A stretch of 64,000 nucleotides of DNA from the NCBI RefSeq assembly GCF_004010195.1, contig NC_057750.1, positions 2,734,112 to 2,798,111 of the forward strand, read 5' to 3'. This DNA comes from Chiloscyllium plagiosum (Eukaryota). Made by a program: the position numbers and the translations under genes. This document shows, piece after piece, positions 24,895 to 37,577 of the stretch (positions within the stretch are counted from its first letter, which is position 1; each line of letters starts with the position of its first letter). The notes beneath the pieces are model-generated. The model worked only from the letters and a program-made list of their open reading frames with translations, did not search any database and was not told where the DNA came from.

Positions 24895-25657
24895 ATTAAA
24901 AATCACACAACACCAGGTTATAGTCCAACAGGTTTATTAGATTAGATTACTTACAGTGTGGAAACATGCCCTGCGGCCCAACAAGTCCACACCGACCCGC
25001 CACCCACCCAGACCCATTCCCCTACATTTACCCCTTCACCTAACACTACGGACAATTTAACTTGGCCAATTCACTTAACCTGCACATTTTTGGACTATGG
25101 GAGGAAACCGGAGCACTCGGAGGAAACCCACACAGACACGGGCAGAACATGCAAACTCCACACAGAGAGTCGCCTGAGGCGGGAATTGAACCCGGGTCTC
25201 TGGCGCTGTGAGGCAGCAGTGCTAACCACTGTGCCACCGTGCTGCCCTCAAGCACTAACTATTTGGAAGCACTAACTTTCGGAGCACTGCTCCTTTATCA
25301 GGTGGTTGTGGCCTATAAGTTCATACGACACAGAATTTATAGCAAAAGTTTACAGTGTGATGTAACAAATGATATATTGAAAAAGACCTGGATTGTTGGT
25401 TAAGACTCATCTTTTAGAAGCCAACAGAAACCAACATGGTCATTTTCAATCCAGGTCTTTTTCAATATATCATTTCATTTACATCACTGTAAACTTTTGG
25501 TACAAATTCTGCATCCTACGATCTTACACTACACAACCACCTGAAGGAGCAGCACTCCGAAAGCTAGTGCTTCCAAATAAACCTGTTGGGCTATAACCTG
25601 TTGTTGTGTGATTTTTCACTTTGTACACCCCAGTCTGACACCAGCTCCTCCACATCA
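24895..25657. mobile_element. Long PLE family B fold-back element with two decayed hammerheads and a nested SINE
   Basis: Inverted arms. 12-bp TSD TGTGTTCATGAA at 24883-24894 and 25658-25669. Hammerhead remnants at about 25270-25305 (-) and 25537-25570 (+). Confidence 0.75.
24938..25247 (-). mobile_element. HE1-like V-SINE nested in a PLE fold-back element
   Basis: Complete antisense copy with a (TCTAA)n tail and GGTTCAATTCC B box. Confidence 0.88.
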
Positions 25658-26405
25658 TGTGTTCATGAAGGAGCAGAACCTGTTTTATTTTCACCCCACA
25701 GCGAACTTCCTGCTAAGAATTATTTTTTTCCCAATTGGTTTTTTTTTGCTGTTCTTCCCCCACCACCAACTACGCTGCTTTATGTCTCCAAAGCCTCAGC
25801 TGATAGCTGTTGGCGTGAGACTGGCCCCACGTAAATGGCATCGTGCCATATCACATCATCGGCTGGTATGCAGCCCATCAACAGCACAAACAATTTTCAG
25901 AAATATCAAAGATAAAGTGGTACCTTCCCTGAAACTTGACTTGCGTCAGTCAGTTTACTGAGCATCCGTGGAGCTGTGTGTTTTCACAGCAACCACTGCG
26001 TTAACCCTTTCCTGCCACAATTTAGCTTCACCAGTCATAATATCTTGCAACAAGGTTTCAGAAGCGTCTCTGCAGTTTCATCACCACCATTGCCTCTTAG
26101 TGTGAAACTGAAACACTCCATTCACCTGGCTTGTCACTTTCTATCTGTAAAAAAAGTGTTGGGTTGTCTCTCGTGGCGGGAGGAAAAACACTGCTCCTTA
26201 ATTGTTTATAAACGCAACATGCTATTGATGCCAGATATCTGAAATAAACAGAAAATATTGGAAATGCCCAGCTGACTATCTGCTGTCAGCTTCGATGGAG
26301 AGAGGAACAACAGGGTCAACCTTTGGGGTTCAATGACCTTTTATTAGAACTAGTCATTAACACATTGCTGTTTGTGGGAGTTTCCTGTATCCAAATTAGT
26401 TGCCA

Positions 26406-26935
26406 CTATTCCAATCGGAAAGATGTTGTGAAACTTGGAAGGGTTCAGAAAAGATTTACAAGGATGTCGCCAAGGGTTGGAGGATTTGAGCTACAGGGAG
26501 AGGCTGACCAAGCTGGGGCTGTTTTCCCTGGAGCTTTGGAGGCTGAGGGGTCACCTTATAGAGATTTACAAAATTATGAGGGGCATGGATAGGGTAAATC
26601 GGCAAAGTCTTTTCCCCGGGGTTGGGGAGTCCAGAACTAGAGGGCATAAGTTTAGGGTGAGAGGAGAAAGATATAAAAGAGACCTAAGGGGCAACTTCTT
26701 CACACAGAGTGTGGTACGTGTATGGAATGAACCGCCAGATGAAGTGATGGAGGCTGGTACAATTGCAACATTTAAGAGGCATTTGGATGGGTATATGAAT
26801 AGGAAGGGTTTGGAGAGATATGGGCCGGCTGACAGATGGGACAAGATTGGGTTGGGATATCTGGTTGGTATGGACGGGTTGGACCGAAGGGTCTGTTTCC
26901 ATGCTGTACATCTCTATGATTCTATGACTCTATTC
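26406..26935 (+). mobile_element. Young CR1 3' fragment
   Basis: LSYRERLTKLGLFSLE..RLRGHLIEIYKIM..FFTQSVVRVWNE. CTATGA tail and CTATTCC TSD. Confidence 0.9.
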
Positions 26936-27245
26936 CTATCTATTTTAAAACAGCAACAACACGTTGAAAAGTACTTGAGGCGCTGTGGCACAAACAGCAG
27001 CCAACTTGTGCACAGCAAGTTCCCACAAAAGACAATGTGATGACGAGGGCATCTGTTCAGTGATATTGCCTGAGGGATAAACATTGGCCAAGACACTGAA
27101 CGAGGTCCCCTTTCTGTTTGTGATAGACCCATAAGACCCTTTGTATCCACTTCTGTTCACCTGAAAAGCAGCACCTCCAACAGTGCAGCACTCAGTCAGT
27201 GCAGGGCATAGTGTCAGTCAGTCTTGAATTTTCTTCTTGACTTAG

Positions 27246-27571
27246 ATCATAGAATTCTTACAGTGTAGGAGCAGCCATTCAGACCATTGAGCCCATGCTC
27301 CAAAGAGCATCCTAGCCCAGACTTGCCCCCTCCCCCAAATCCTAACCCTGCATTCCCCATGACTAACCCACCTAGCCTGTACGTCCCTGGACACTATAAG
27401 CAATTTAGCATGGCCAATCCATCCTAACCTGCACATCTTTGGATTGTGGGAGGAAAACCACACGGGGAGAATGTGCAAACTCCACACAGACAGTCACCCA
27501 AGAATGGAATCGAACCCAGGTCCCAGGTGCTGTGAGGTAGCAGTGCTAACCACTGAGCCATAGTGCTACCC
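27246..27571 (-). mobile_element. HE1-like V-SINE
   Basis: Same head, core and tail as the other copies. Confidence 0.88.
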
Positions 27572-27639
27572 TTGAACCTACAACCTTCCAACCCACCAAC
27601 TGATAGAGGAATAAAGCCCAATCAAAGACTAGAGCCTAA

Positions 27640-27732
27640 ACAGGAATCACTAGCAAAGCTCCGCAGTTCTGGCAGCATCTGTGAAGAGAAATCAGAGTTA
27701 ACGTTCCAGGCCGAGTGACCCTTCCTCAGAAC
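27640..27732 (-). mobile_element. PLE family D short element with a decayed hammerhead (27697-27732)
   Basis: Minus strand GTT-CTGAGGA-A-GGGTC(ACTC)GGCCT-GGAA-C-GTT-AAC (GAAA changed to GGAA), followed by the CAGATGCTGCCAG tail. Confidence 0.65.
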
Positions 27733-28377
27733 CTTCAAGTTGTGCAGCACAAAATGAGGAGGTTCATTTCATGAACGTTTTCTAACCTTACCCCATCATT
27801 CTTCTGGGGAAACTTTAAGAAAGGGGCAAATGAGCTTGATGTGAATTTTCACATCCTCCCAACAGCCTCAAGTCCCTCCTAGCTCACGTTTTGAAATGCA
27901 ATTACCATTTTGAGTTTCGTCAGGTCAATAAATTAATGACCAGATTCTCTGTTGTAATGGTGTTGATTGAGGAGCAGATATTAACCAGAAGGCTAGAGAT
28001 CTCTGGCAATGTTTTCACAAGTACTTTTGAAGATATTTTCTAATGGCCTGTTCAGAGATGTTATGAGCTGGAGCTGATAGAATTTGAACCTTGTCTCCTG
28101 GGTTTAGAGATAGGGACAGTACCAACTGTGCCACAATGGGTGCTTTTCCAGCCACCTCTACGACAGAGAGGGTATTAATAATGTCTCGTCTGACAACAGT
28201 GCTGCATTGAAGCAGGATCTGCACATATTGTGTTTTGAAATCCCTGCTGTAGTCAGGAAATATTGAGTAAAGGTAGTCAAAATTAGGAGGGCTCTTGACA
28301 GGGTACTGGCAGAAGAGTTGGCAAAGTACAGTTTTAAAATGTGGTGAAATAATCAGGAGCAGTGATGTGGGAAGGTG

Positions 28378-28705
28378 CTGCCCCAGTGGTATTATCATTT
28401 GGATTGTTAATCCAAAGACCCAGGCATTGTCCTGGGGACCTGGGGTTCACTTCCTGACACAGCAGGTGGTGAAATTTGAATTCAATAAAAATCTGAAATT
28501 AAGAACCAACTGATGACCAGGAAGATTATCAGGAAAACCCCATCTGGGTCACTAAAATCTTTTACAGAAGGAAGCTATCATCCTGGTCTGGTCTCCATGT
28601 GACTCCAGACCCACAGCAATGGGGTTGACTCTGGGCAATTAGGGATGGGGCAATAAGTGCTGGCCCAGCCAGTAACGCCCTTGTCCTGTGAATGAATTAA
28701 GATAA
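28378..28705 (+). mobile_element. Third tRNA-like SINE family with a CR1/L2-group tail; copies also at 6385-6675, 9945-10210 (-), 29535-29845, 46175-47352 (split) and 60447-60815
   Basis: Shared core AAAACCCATCTGGGTCACTAA...CATGTGACTCCAGACCCACAGCA and tail GGGCAATTAGGGATGGG..AATAA.TGCTGGCC. Confidence 0.75.
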
Positions 28706-29992
28706 AAGGTATGCTCAGTGAGTTGGTCTCGTCTGAAAGGACAGCTGAAGCGGGTTTAAAGGGAGCTTTTAAAAAGGAATTGAATAAAACTTGATAAGGA
28801 AAGCTTTGAAGACCTATAGAATAAAAGAGTGGAATTGGTTCAGCTGCTTATCGGATAAGCTGTCGCAAAGGGCTGGAACAGGCATGATGGCCCAAGTGGC
28901 CCCAAGCTGCTGATTCCTGGCAAGAGATAGTGAGGAAGGAGGCTGCAGTAAGGAGGCTTAAACGCACATGAACAACTTCTTGGCTGTGAATCAACCCCTT
29001 TAAATCACAATGATGTATCAGGTGAAAGAATATTACAAAAGGATCTCTGTACAAAGCCTTTAGACATCCTCATCCAGTCCTGAGGGTTCTTGGCAAATGT
29101 ATTTGTTGTCATGCCCAGGTATTGGTTTCCAGCCATGCTGAATAAAGGTTTTTGGCACAGTTTTTATACCATGTAAGCAGTTATGAGTGCAGGATTAAAC
29201 AGAGGAAATAATGGGATAATTGCCATCCAATGCTATATCCCACCTGTGCTTTTGGATTGAAGTGCCTTTTCTCTCACGTTCTAGCTTTGGCAGCAGAGCA
29301 CAACAGAGATTCATTTTACTTCTGCTGGACCTACATGAAAGCATGGCCCCAGCCCCACTCATACCCCTGTCCCCACCGACCCCCAACTCCATCCCCACTC
29401 CCAGTTACTGTTAACTCTACGGTTTCCATTTCAACCAAAGAAGGGCTGGAGTTTTCTCTTGCTTCTGGCAAGCTCAGGACATCTCAATGTGCTTTAAGGC
29501 CTGTACAGCAGGGCAAGCTCCCAGGGGAGAGGATGGCCTTATGGTATTATCACTGGGCTGTTAATCCAGAGGCCCAGGTAATGCTGTGGGGTTCATAATC
29601 CCACCATGGCAGATGATGGAATTTGAATTTGATAAATATCTAGAATTATGAATGTATTGTTGATTCTCAGGGGGAAATACCATCTGGTTCAGTAATGCCC
29701 TTTAAAGAAGGAAATTGCCATCCTTACCTGGTCTGGCCTACATGTGACTCCAGACAGCAATGAGGTTGACTCTTAACTGCCCTCTGGGCAATAATTACTG
29801 GTCTGGCCAGTAACACCCACATCCCTAGGAATGAATTTTTAACAAACTAATTCAAACAAAGGAGTACAAGGGTAGGTATTAGCCAAGACACCTGAAGAAA
29901 GGCCCCTGTTTGCATTTGAATAGTGTCATGAGATCTTTTACCTTCACTCAGGCAGGTATGTCTCACTTTTCATCCCAAGGACATTCCTAAGG

Positions 29993-30266
29993 ACTGACAG
30001 TGTAGAGTTTGCACAGACACCCCGTGTCTGCATAAGTTTCCTCCGGGTGCACTAGTTTCCTCCCAAAGATGTGTAGATTATGGTGGATTGGCCATGGGAA
30101 TTTGCACCATAGTGTCCAGGACTGTGCAGACTTAGGTGGTTTAGCCATGTGGGGTCACAGGAATGGAGTGGGGGAATGGGCGTGGGTGGGATGCTCTTTG
30201 GAGGGTCGATGCAAACTCGATGTGCCGAATGGCCTCTTTCTGCACTGTAGGGATTGTAAGATTCTG
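29993..30266 (+). mobile_element. HE1-like V-SINE, 5'-truncated
   Basis: Core and tail only. Confidence 0.75.
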
Positions 30267-32081
30267 TGATGTTCGGAGTGTATGAGGCTCCAGTCTCTGG
30301 CCTAGAATATCAGGCAGCCACACAGAGCTGAGATATAAACTGATTGGTAAAATAGGCTGAAGGAGCTGAATTACCAGCCTCTGTTCTTGGATTCCTTGTG
30401 GAAAAAGACAGGAGTAGGGTTTCATAGTTTCAGATAAGGAGTGGACATGATGGGCCAAATGGAGTGTAGAACGAGAGGGCTGTAAATTTAAAGTCACGTA
30501 CAAACCAAGCAAGGGTGACATGAGGAAAAGTAAATGGTTAGGGTTTGGAATGCCCAGTCTGGAAATGTGATGGTGGTAAGTACAACCGAGGCCTTCAAGA
30601 GCATATTGGATGGTTATTTGGATGGCAATGGTGTACAGGGATATGGGGAAAAGGCAGGAGATTGGCTCGAGGGCAGAGGGCCGTTACAGGCACAATGGGA
30701 CAAATGGTCTACTTCTGCACTGTAACAATTTTATGAATCGTTTCAGTTCAGGAGAAGGCCATTCAATCCATTGTATCAGTGCTGGCCCTCTTAAGCAGCA
30801 CTTCCCATACTGCTCTGCTTCCCACATCCCTGGACATTCCTCCTTTCCAGATATTTAGAAACTGGAGAAAGTGCATGACTCAGATGGAGGCCATTCTGCC
30901 CAACATGTAGGTGCTAGTAAAGAAAAGAACCATCAGCCTAATCCCATCCACTTCATCCAGGCCAGCCTCCAACCTTGTAAACCTGGATCAAACCTCCCCT
31001 CGACCTCCTCCGTTGCAAGGAAACTCTGTCCTATCCCCCAAAATTGCCATTTCTCTTCAGTGAACACATTGTTCCACTTTGTAACTGAATAGATTGAAGA
31101 ACTGGTTTGGATAGCCTCAAGAAACTTCCCAGCCCACAACAGATGATTGATCCTTATGCCATTCCTGCTGGTGAATGGATGATTCACCTGCTCATTTCCG
31201 ACCACATTGGAAATATAATCTGGGATTCCTTTCACAACAATGGATCCACACCTCTTTATGAACCTTTTAAAAAGTTCATCCTTTTTATCTGCTTTTTTTT
31301 CTCGTGTTGTCTCTCAAGGTGTTTGACTCCTGGCTGGGCACAGTTCCCTGAGATCAGAAGACCGTAAGAAACAGAAATAGGAGGAGGCCATTCAGCCTAC
31401 TCCATCATTCAATAGGATCATGGCCAACATCCAGATGTCCATGGACTTTACTTCAGCCACCACAGAATTCGGAAAGATATAACCAGCACGGAAACAGACC
31501 CTTCAGTCTAACTCGTTCATGCCAACCAGATGCCATCCCAAATAAGTCTAATTCCATTTGCCAGTGTTTGGCCCATATCCCTCTAAACTCTTCCTATTCA
31601 TATACCCATCCAGATGCCTTTTAAATGTTATAATTATACCTGCCTCCACCATTTCCTCTGGCAATTCAGTCCATACACTCACCAACCTCTGCGTGAAAAA
31701 GTTGTCCCTTATGAGATATTAAAGAGTTAATTTGGTCCACTGACCTGCAAAAATTGAAAGTCCTGAGGGTAAGGTGGTGTGTCTTTGTCTTATAGCTGGA
31801 ATGTGGGAGGTTTACATGGCCATTTCCTTGCCCTTCAGGGATGATTTACATTTTCATTCAGAAATCAATAAGAACATTACATTTGGAATTTGACTACTCC
31901 CCTATAGTTACAAATAATAATTTGCAACAGATTTGACCATTAAGGGATGATTTGCATTACATCGTTTATGGAGGTGGGATGGTCTCTGCATTGTATCTTG
32001 AGTGGCATGTGACTATGAGGGGATGGCTGGGGGCTTGTCTTGTGGACATTACTAACTGTGATGGAAAGATTTTTGTATATG

Positions 32082-32625
32082 ATAGAGTCATACAGTACGG
32101 AAACAGACCCTTCGGTTCAACCAGTCGACCATGTTCCCAAACTAACCTAATCCTACCTGCCTGCACTTGGCCCATATCCTTCCAAAACTCCTATTCATGA
32201 ATTTATCCAAATGTCTTTTAAACATTGTAACTGTACCTGCATCCACCACTTGCTCTGCAAGTTCATTCCACACATTGTGTAAAAAAAGTTGCCCCTCATG
32301 TCCTTTTTAAAATTTCCTCCTCTCACCTTAAAAATATATCCCCTAGTTTTGAAATCCCCTACCGTAGGGAAAAGATGCTTGTCACTCACCTTATCTATGC
32401 CCCTCATGATTTTATAAACCTCTATAACATCACCCCTCAAGTCCCTCCTCCCCAGTGAAAGAAATTCCCAGTCTATCCAGCCTCTCCCTATAACTCAAAC
32501 CCTCCATTCCTGGCAACTTCCTGGTAAATCTTTTCTGAACCCTCTCCATTTTGATAGTATCTTTTCTATAACAGGGACACCAGAACTGGACACAGTACTC
32601 CAACATTCTGTACAAACTCAACATG
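32082..32625 (-). mobile_element. CR1 3' fragment
   Basis: LEYCVQFWCP..ERVQKRFTR..LSYRERL and RGDVIEVYKIMRG. Confidence 0.88.
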
Positions 32626-32627
32626 AC

Positions 32628-33200
32628 CTTCAAGATTTGTGTAAAGATTTGTAGCTGGGGTGGCAAATGCCGTAGTCATGGTTATGTTCGCCGAGCTGGG
32701 ACGTTGACGTGCAGACGTTTCGTCCCCTGTCCAAGTGATATCTTCAGCGCTTCGGAGCCTCCTGTGAATTTATTTGATTCTGTTCTCGCTGATTCCGGTT
32801 GCCGGTTCCGGTAGCTCATTGCAGTGGTCGGTATGGGTATAGCAATTCGCATCCATGAACACCAACTCGCCGCTAAATGCCACAACCAGCTGTTCCTAGT
32901 AGCCATACACACAGATGACAAGGGCCACAAATTTCACTGGGACAACACAATGATCATAGGACAAGCGAAATACAGGACAACCAGAGAATTTCATGAAGCT
33001 ATGGACTTCATCAACAAGCACATTAACCTAGACCCAATATACCGGCCACTACAACGAACAACTGGAAGCAGCAGAAAGAGAATCAAATAAATTCCAGAAG
33101 AGACAGTACAGCAGCTGTTCGCAGGAGGCTGCAAAGCTCTGAAGATGTCACCCAGACAGGGGACGAAACTTCTGAAAATCAACTTCCCAGCTCAGTGAAC
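32628..33200. mobile_element. Penelope-like element remnant with a GIY-YIG endonuclease fragment and inverted terminal arms
   Basis: ORF 32824-33090 reads RIHEHQ...AIHTDDKGHKFHWDNTMIIGQ....REFHEA..INKHINLDPIY, the C-terminal half of a PLE GIY-YIG domain. Hammerhead motifs at 32711-32750 (-) and 33139-33172 (+). Confidence 0.8.
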
Positions 33201-33413
33201 TCCCTAAATCTCTCTGGTTCTATCGCCTCTTTCAAGATTCCTTAAAACCTACCTCTTTGGCCGGAGTTTCGATAACCTTATATCTGCCTTTTGTGCATCA
33301 CTGTCAAATCTTGTCCAATAACGTGTCTGTCAAGCACTTCTATGCTGACTATCGCTGAATGATACTGAACTGAACCAGCCTGCCACATGTGAGGTCACCT
33401 GTTATTGTGCTGG

Positions 33414-33588
33414 AGGAGAAAGTGAGGACTGCAGATGCTGGAGATCAGAGCTGAAAATGTGTTGCTGGAAAGACTGGGGTGGGGGCGGAGAGGTCAGGAA
33501 GAAGATTGCAGGTTAGGAAGGCGGTGCTGAATTCGATGGATTTGACTGAGACAAGGTGGGGGGAGGGGAAATGAGGAAACTGGTGAAA
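33414..33588 (-). mobile_element. PLE family A fragment, internally deleted, no hammerhead
   Basis: Family A 3' tail joined to an upstream purine-rich segment. 14-bp TSD TGTTATTGTGCTGG at 33400-33413 and 33589-33602. Confidence 0.7.
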
Positions 33589-33661
33589 TGTTATTGTGCT
33601 GGGCAATGGGATAGAGATCTCAGTAAATCCATCAAATAGGTCTTATAAGGAAAGTTTGACA

Positions 33662-33840
33662 AAGTCATAAGTCACACGACACCAGGTTACAGTCCAACAG
33701 CTTTATTTGAAACCACAAGCTTTCGGATCTTACCACCTGACAAACGAGCAGCACTTCAAAAGCTTGTGATTTCAAATAAACCTGGTGTCGTGTGACTTCT
33801 GACTTTGTCCACCCCAGTCCAACAGCTGCACCGCCACACC
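33662..33840. mobile_element. PLE family B fold-back element with a decayed hammerhead
   Basis: Family B inverted arms with central CACCTGACAAACGAGCAGCACTTCAAAAGCTTG. Confidence 0.65.
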
Positions 33841-34274
33841 AAGGAGAGGTTGGACAGACTGGACTTGTTTCCATTGGATTGAGGGTTTGATATTTGATTG
33901 AACTGCATGAGACCCTGAGTGGTCTGGACAAGGTGGATGTGGAAGAGATGTTTCCTCTTATCGGTCAGTCCAGAATTAGGGGGGTGTGGGAGGGGGCACT
34001 GATTTAACATTAGGAGTTATCCTTTTAGGACAGAGAGGAGGAGAGATTTTCTTCTCTCAATGGATTGTACAGCTTTGGAAATTTCTGTTCAGATGTAGGT
34101 GGAGGTGGATGGTTTCTTGTTAGTCAGGGATCAAGGGTTATTAAAAATAGTTGAGAATGTGGAATTTGAAACATAAACCGAACAACCATGATTTATTGAT
34201 TGATGGCACAGGATGAGGGGTCTGAATGGCCTTTCTCCGCTCCGATATCCTCATAAATGCCATCTTGTATTTTG

Positions 34275-34576
34275 ATGATGTGGAGGTGCTGGTGTTGGAC
34301 TGGAGTGGACAAAGTGAGAAGTCACACAATACAAGGTTATAGTCCAACAGGTTTATTTGAAATAGGGGTCTAGGTTAGAGTGGTGCTGGAAAAGCACAGC
34401 CAGTCAGGAAGCATACAAGGAGCAGGAAAATCAACATTTCGAGCAAAAGCCCTTCATCAGGGCAGGTTAATTTGAAATCACAAGCTTTTGGATCTTCGCT
34501 CCTTCATCAGGTGACGAAGGGTTGTACTCCCATAGCTTATGACTTTGAATAAACCTGTTGGACTATACCCTGGTAT
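34275..34576. mobile_element. PLE family B fold-back element with a nested family A-like fragment (about 34365-34462)
   Basis: Family B arms. Two decayed minus-strand CTGATGAAGG hammerhead starts near 34460 and 34510. Confidence 0.65.
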
Positions 34577-35139
34577 TTTTATAAGCCGGAGGTCTTCTTT
34601 GGTGGATGACTCTGTCATGTTGGCTATTTGTAGGTCACTGTTTGCGATACATCTTCTTAATATCTAATGTGCTTTAGTAGCTGGCTGCCACATCAGCAAG
34701 GGCAGGTTAACTCTTGACACTGCCTCTGACTCCTGGTGAATATTGCTCAAGGATAACTTGACAACGTTCTGCATTTTTATGTACAATTTCACACATCCTC
34801 AGGACCGTCTTTACGCTCAGTGAAGTCCTGCTGTGATATAGGAAGCAAAGCAGTCAATTTATGCAGAGCAAGCTCCTCCCGTGTCAATATGGTAATGGTC
34901 AGGTCATTGTTCCTTTGCTGAGATTGGATAAGGCTTTGAAACAATGCCAAGCAATGAGCAGGCAAGATCCCATCCTAAGGACAGTACCTCTGACAGTCCA
35001 CTCTGCTCACCCGGAGGCTCAGCCATGCTTAGGGGGGCTCGAGCAGGCTTTGAAATCACAATCCCCTGGCTCAGGGGCTACTGAGTCACAGCTGCCCCCA
35101 TGCAAACTGAGCAACGGGGAATTAGAATTAGATTTTATT

Positions 35140-35897
35140 ATCACATTCGGTGAGGCCATTGTTGGAATATTGAGTGCAATTCTGGTCTCCTTCCTATCGG
35201 AAAGATGTTGTGAAACTTGAAAGGGTTCAGAAAAGATTTTCAAGGATGTTGCCAGAGTTGGAGGATTTGAGCTATCGGAAGATGCTTAATAGGCTGGATT
35301 AGTGGTACTGGAAGAGCACAGCAGTTCAGGCAGCATCCAAGGAGCAGCGAAATCGACGTTTCGGGCAAAAGCCCTTCATCAGGAATAAAGGCAGAGAGCC
35401 TGAAGCGTGGAGAGATAAGCTAGAGGAGGGTGGGGGTGGGGAGAAAGTAGCATAGAGTACAATAGATGAGTGGGGGAGGGGATGAAGCTGTCTTCCCTGG
35501 ATCGTCGGAGCTGAGGGGTGACCTTATAGAGGTTTACAAAATTATGAGGGGCATGGATAGGGTAAATAGACTAAAGCCTTTTCCTGGGGTCGGGGAGTCC
35601 AGAACTAGAGACCATAGGTTTAGGGTGATAGGGGAAAGATATAAAAGAGACCTACGGGGCAACTTTTTCACACAGAGAGTGGTACGTGTATGGAATGAGC
35701 TGCCAGAGGAAGTGGTGGAGGCTGGTATAATTGCAACATTTAAGAGACATTTGGATGGGTATATGAATAGGGAGGGTTTGGAGGGATGTGGACCCGGTGC
35801 TGGCAGGTGGGACTAGATTGGGTTGGGATATCTGGTCAGCATGGACGGGTTGGACCAAAGGGTCTGTTTCCATGCTGTACATCTCTATGACTCTATG
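35140..35897 (+). mobile_element. CR1 3' fragment split by a PLE insertion
   Basis: LRGDLIEVYKIMRGMDRV..FFTQRVVRVWNELPEEVVEAG with a CTATGACTCTATG tail. Confidence 0.88.
35297..35487 (-). mobile_element. PLE family A-related fragment with an intact hammerhead (35351-35386), inserted in a CR1
   Basis: Minus strand ATTCCTGATGAAGGGCTTTTGCCCGAAACGTCGATT. Splits the CR1 sequence AATAGGCTGG|GCTGTCTTCCCTGGA. Confidence 0.75.
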
Positions 35898-36905
35898 TTG
35901 CCGTTTGCAAATGTGTCCTGACAGAAAAGAAGCAATGAGCTTAGGAAAAAGAGGAACAAGCAGAATTATTTTTTACACTGTGTTTCCCATATTGGGCACT
36001 AATTGAGCTGAAATCGACTCTATTATCTGGTTAATGATGTAACATCTGGTAATGCTAAACCACAGCACCTCTGATGACAATGGCTGTCTGGCGCCTATTG
36101 GCAATTTTGAGGTATTTAAACAGAGATAGTTTTCCAGATGATAGAGTTTGATAAGTACTGCCTTGCACCTCTCAGGGCTGAGTGAATGTGTAATCTCATT
36201 TATATGTCAATAAACAAGGTCTGGACTGTTACTGTTGCTAGGAGGTTTTGCCTATCTCCAATAAACACATTTAACAGTAAGCACGTGATTTAAAAGTGGG
36301 AGCATGTGTGTGTAAAGCAGGACTTATATTTGTAATCTACAGCTCGCTGTTGGTGAGTGAATAAGGCCCCAAGTGAGTGGAGACCGTGAAATACAACAAC
36401 AAAAGGGTCTTCCAGCTGCAGGTGGCACTACCCTGGGACTGAGGAGGATTACAGGTGGCCCTGAGTCTGCAGGCTTCCTCTCAGCCTAGAATCAGCCAGG
36501 ATTCCGTTCCAATAATTAAACACCATTCTGCACTCAGTGTGAAAGTTTGCCACAAAACGACCTTCATAGCAAGCCCTTGATCTGCTCCAAAGGCAGGTGC
36601 CTGAACTGTTTGTCTTCCTGTGCGGATTGTTCGGGGCCAAAGTGCAGTTGAAGTCCAGTCCCATTATAGCACTGTTCAAAACAACACATTTTAGAGCAGA
36701 ACTTTGCTGCATGCTTTCTTTCTCACTCTTCCAACACTTTGCCCATTTTGCTGTCTCCCAACTTATGACTTCCATCTGTTTCCAGCCTCTCTCTCCCTCC
36801 AGACTTTTTTTCTCTCTCTCTCTGCTCACCTCTGTTCCTCAGTTTTTAAACATCTCACTTGCCTGTTCTCTCCTCCGTGTCCCCCCACCCCTCTCCCTTC
36901 CCATT

Positions 36906-37577
36906 NNNNNNNNNNNNNNNNNNNNNNNNNNNNNNNNNNNNNNNNNNNNNNNNNNNNNNNNNNNNNNNNNNNNNNNNNNNNNNNNNNNNNNNNNNNNNNN
37001 NNNNNNNNNNNNNNNNNNNNNNNNNNNNNNNNNNNNNNNNNNNNNNNNNNNNNNNNNNNNNNNNNNNNNNNNNNNNNNNNNNNNNNNNNNNNNNNNNNNN
37101 NNNNNNNNNNNNNNNNNNNNNNNNNNNNNNNNNNNNNNNNNNNNNNNNNNNNNNNNNNNNNNNNNNNNNNNNNNNNNNNNNNNNNNNNNNNNNNNNNNNN
37201 NNNNNNNNNNNNNNNNNNNNNNNNNNNNNNNNNNNNNNNNNNNNNNNNNNNNNNNNNNNNNNNNNNNNNNNNNNNNNNNNNNNNNNNNNNNNNNNNNNNN
37301 NNNNNNNNNNNNNNNNNNNNNNNNNNNNNNNNNNNNNNNNNNNNNNNNNNNNNNNNNNNNNNNNNNNNNNNNNNNNNNNNNNNNNNNNNNNNNNNNNNNN
37401 NNNNNNNNNNNNNNNNNNNNNNNNNNNNNNNNNNNNNNNNNNNNNNNNNNNNNNNNNNNNNNNNNNNNNNNNNNNNNNNNNNNNNNNNNNNNNNNNNNNN
37501 NNNNNNNNNNNNNNNNNNNNNNNNNNNNNNNNNNNNNNNNNNNNNNNNNNNNNNNNNNNNNNNNNNNNNNNNNNNNN
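36906..37577. other. Assembly gap (672 N), flanked on the left by a pyrimidine-rich low-complexity tract
   Basis: Run of N. Confidence 1.

Noticed and set aside
26435..27040. 201-aa ORF and similar 100-185 aa ORFs (e.g. 18842, 39300, 49380, 51306)
   Set aside because: They are LINE ORF2 fragments or antisense read-throughs of repeats, not host genes.
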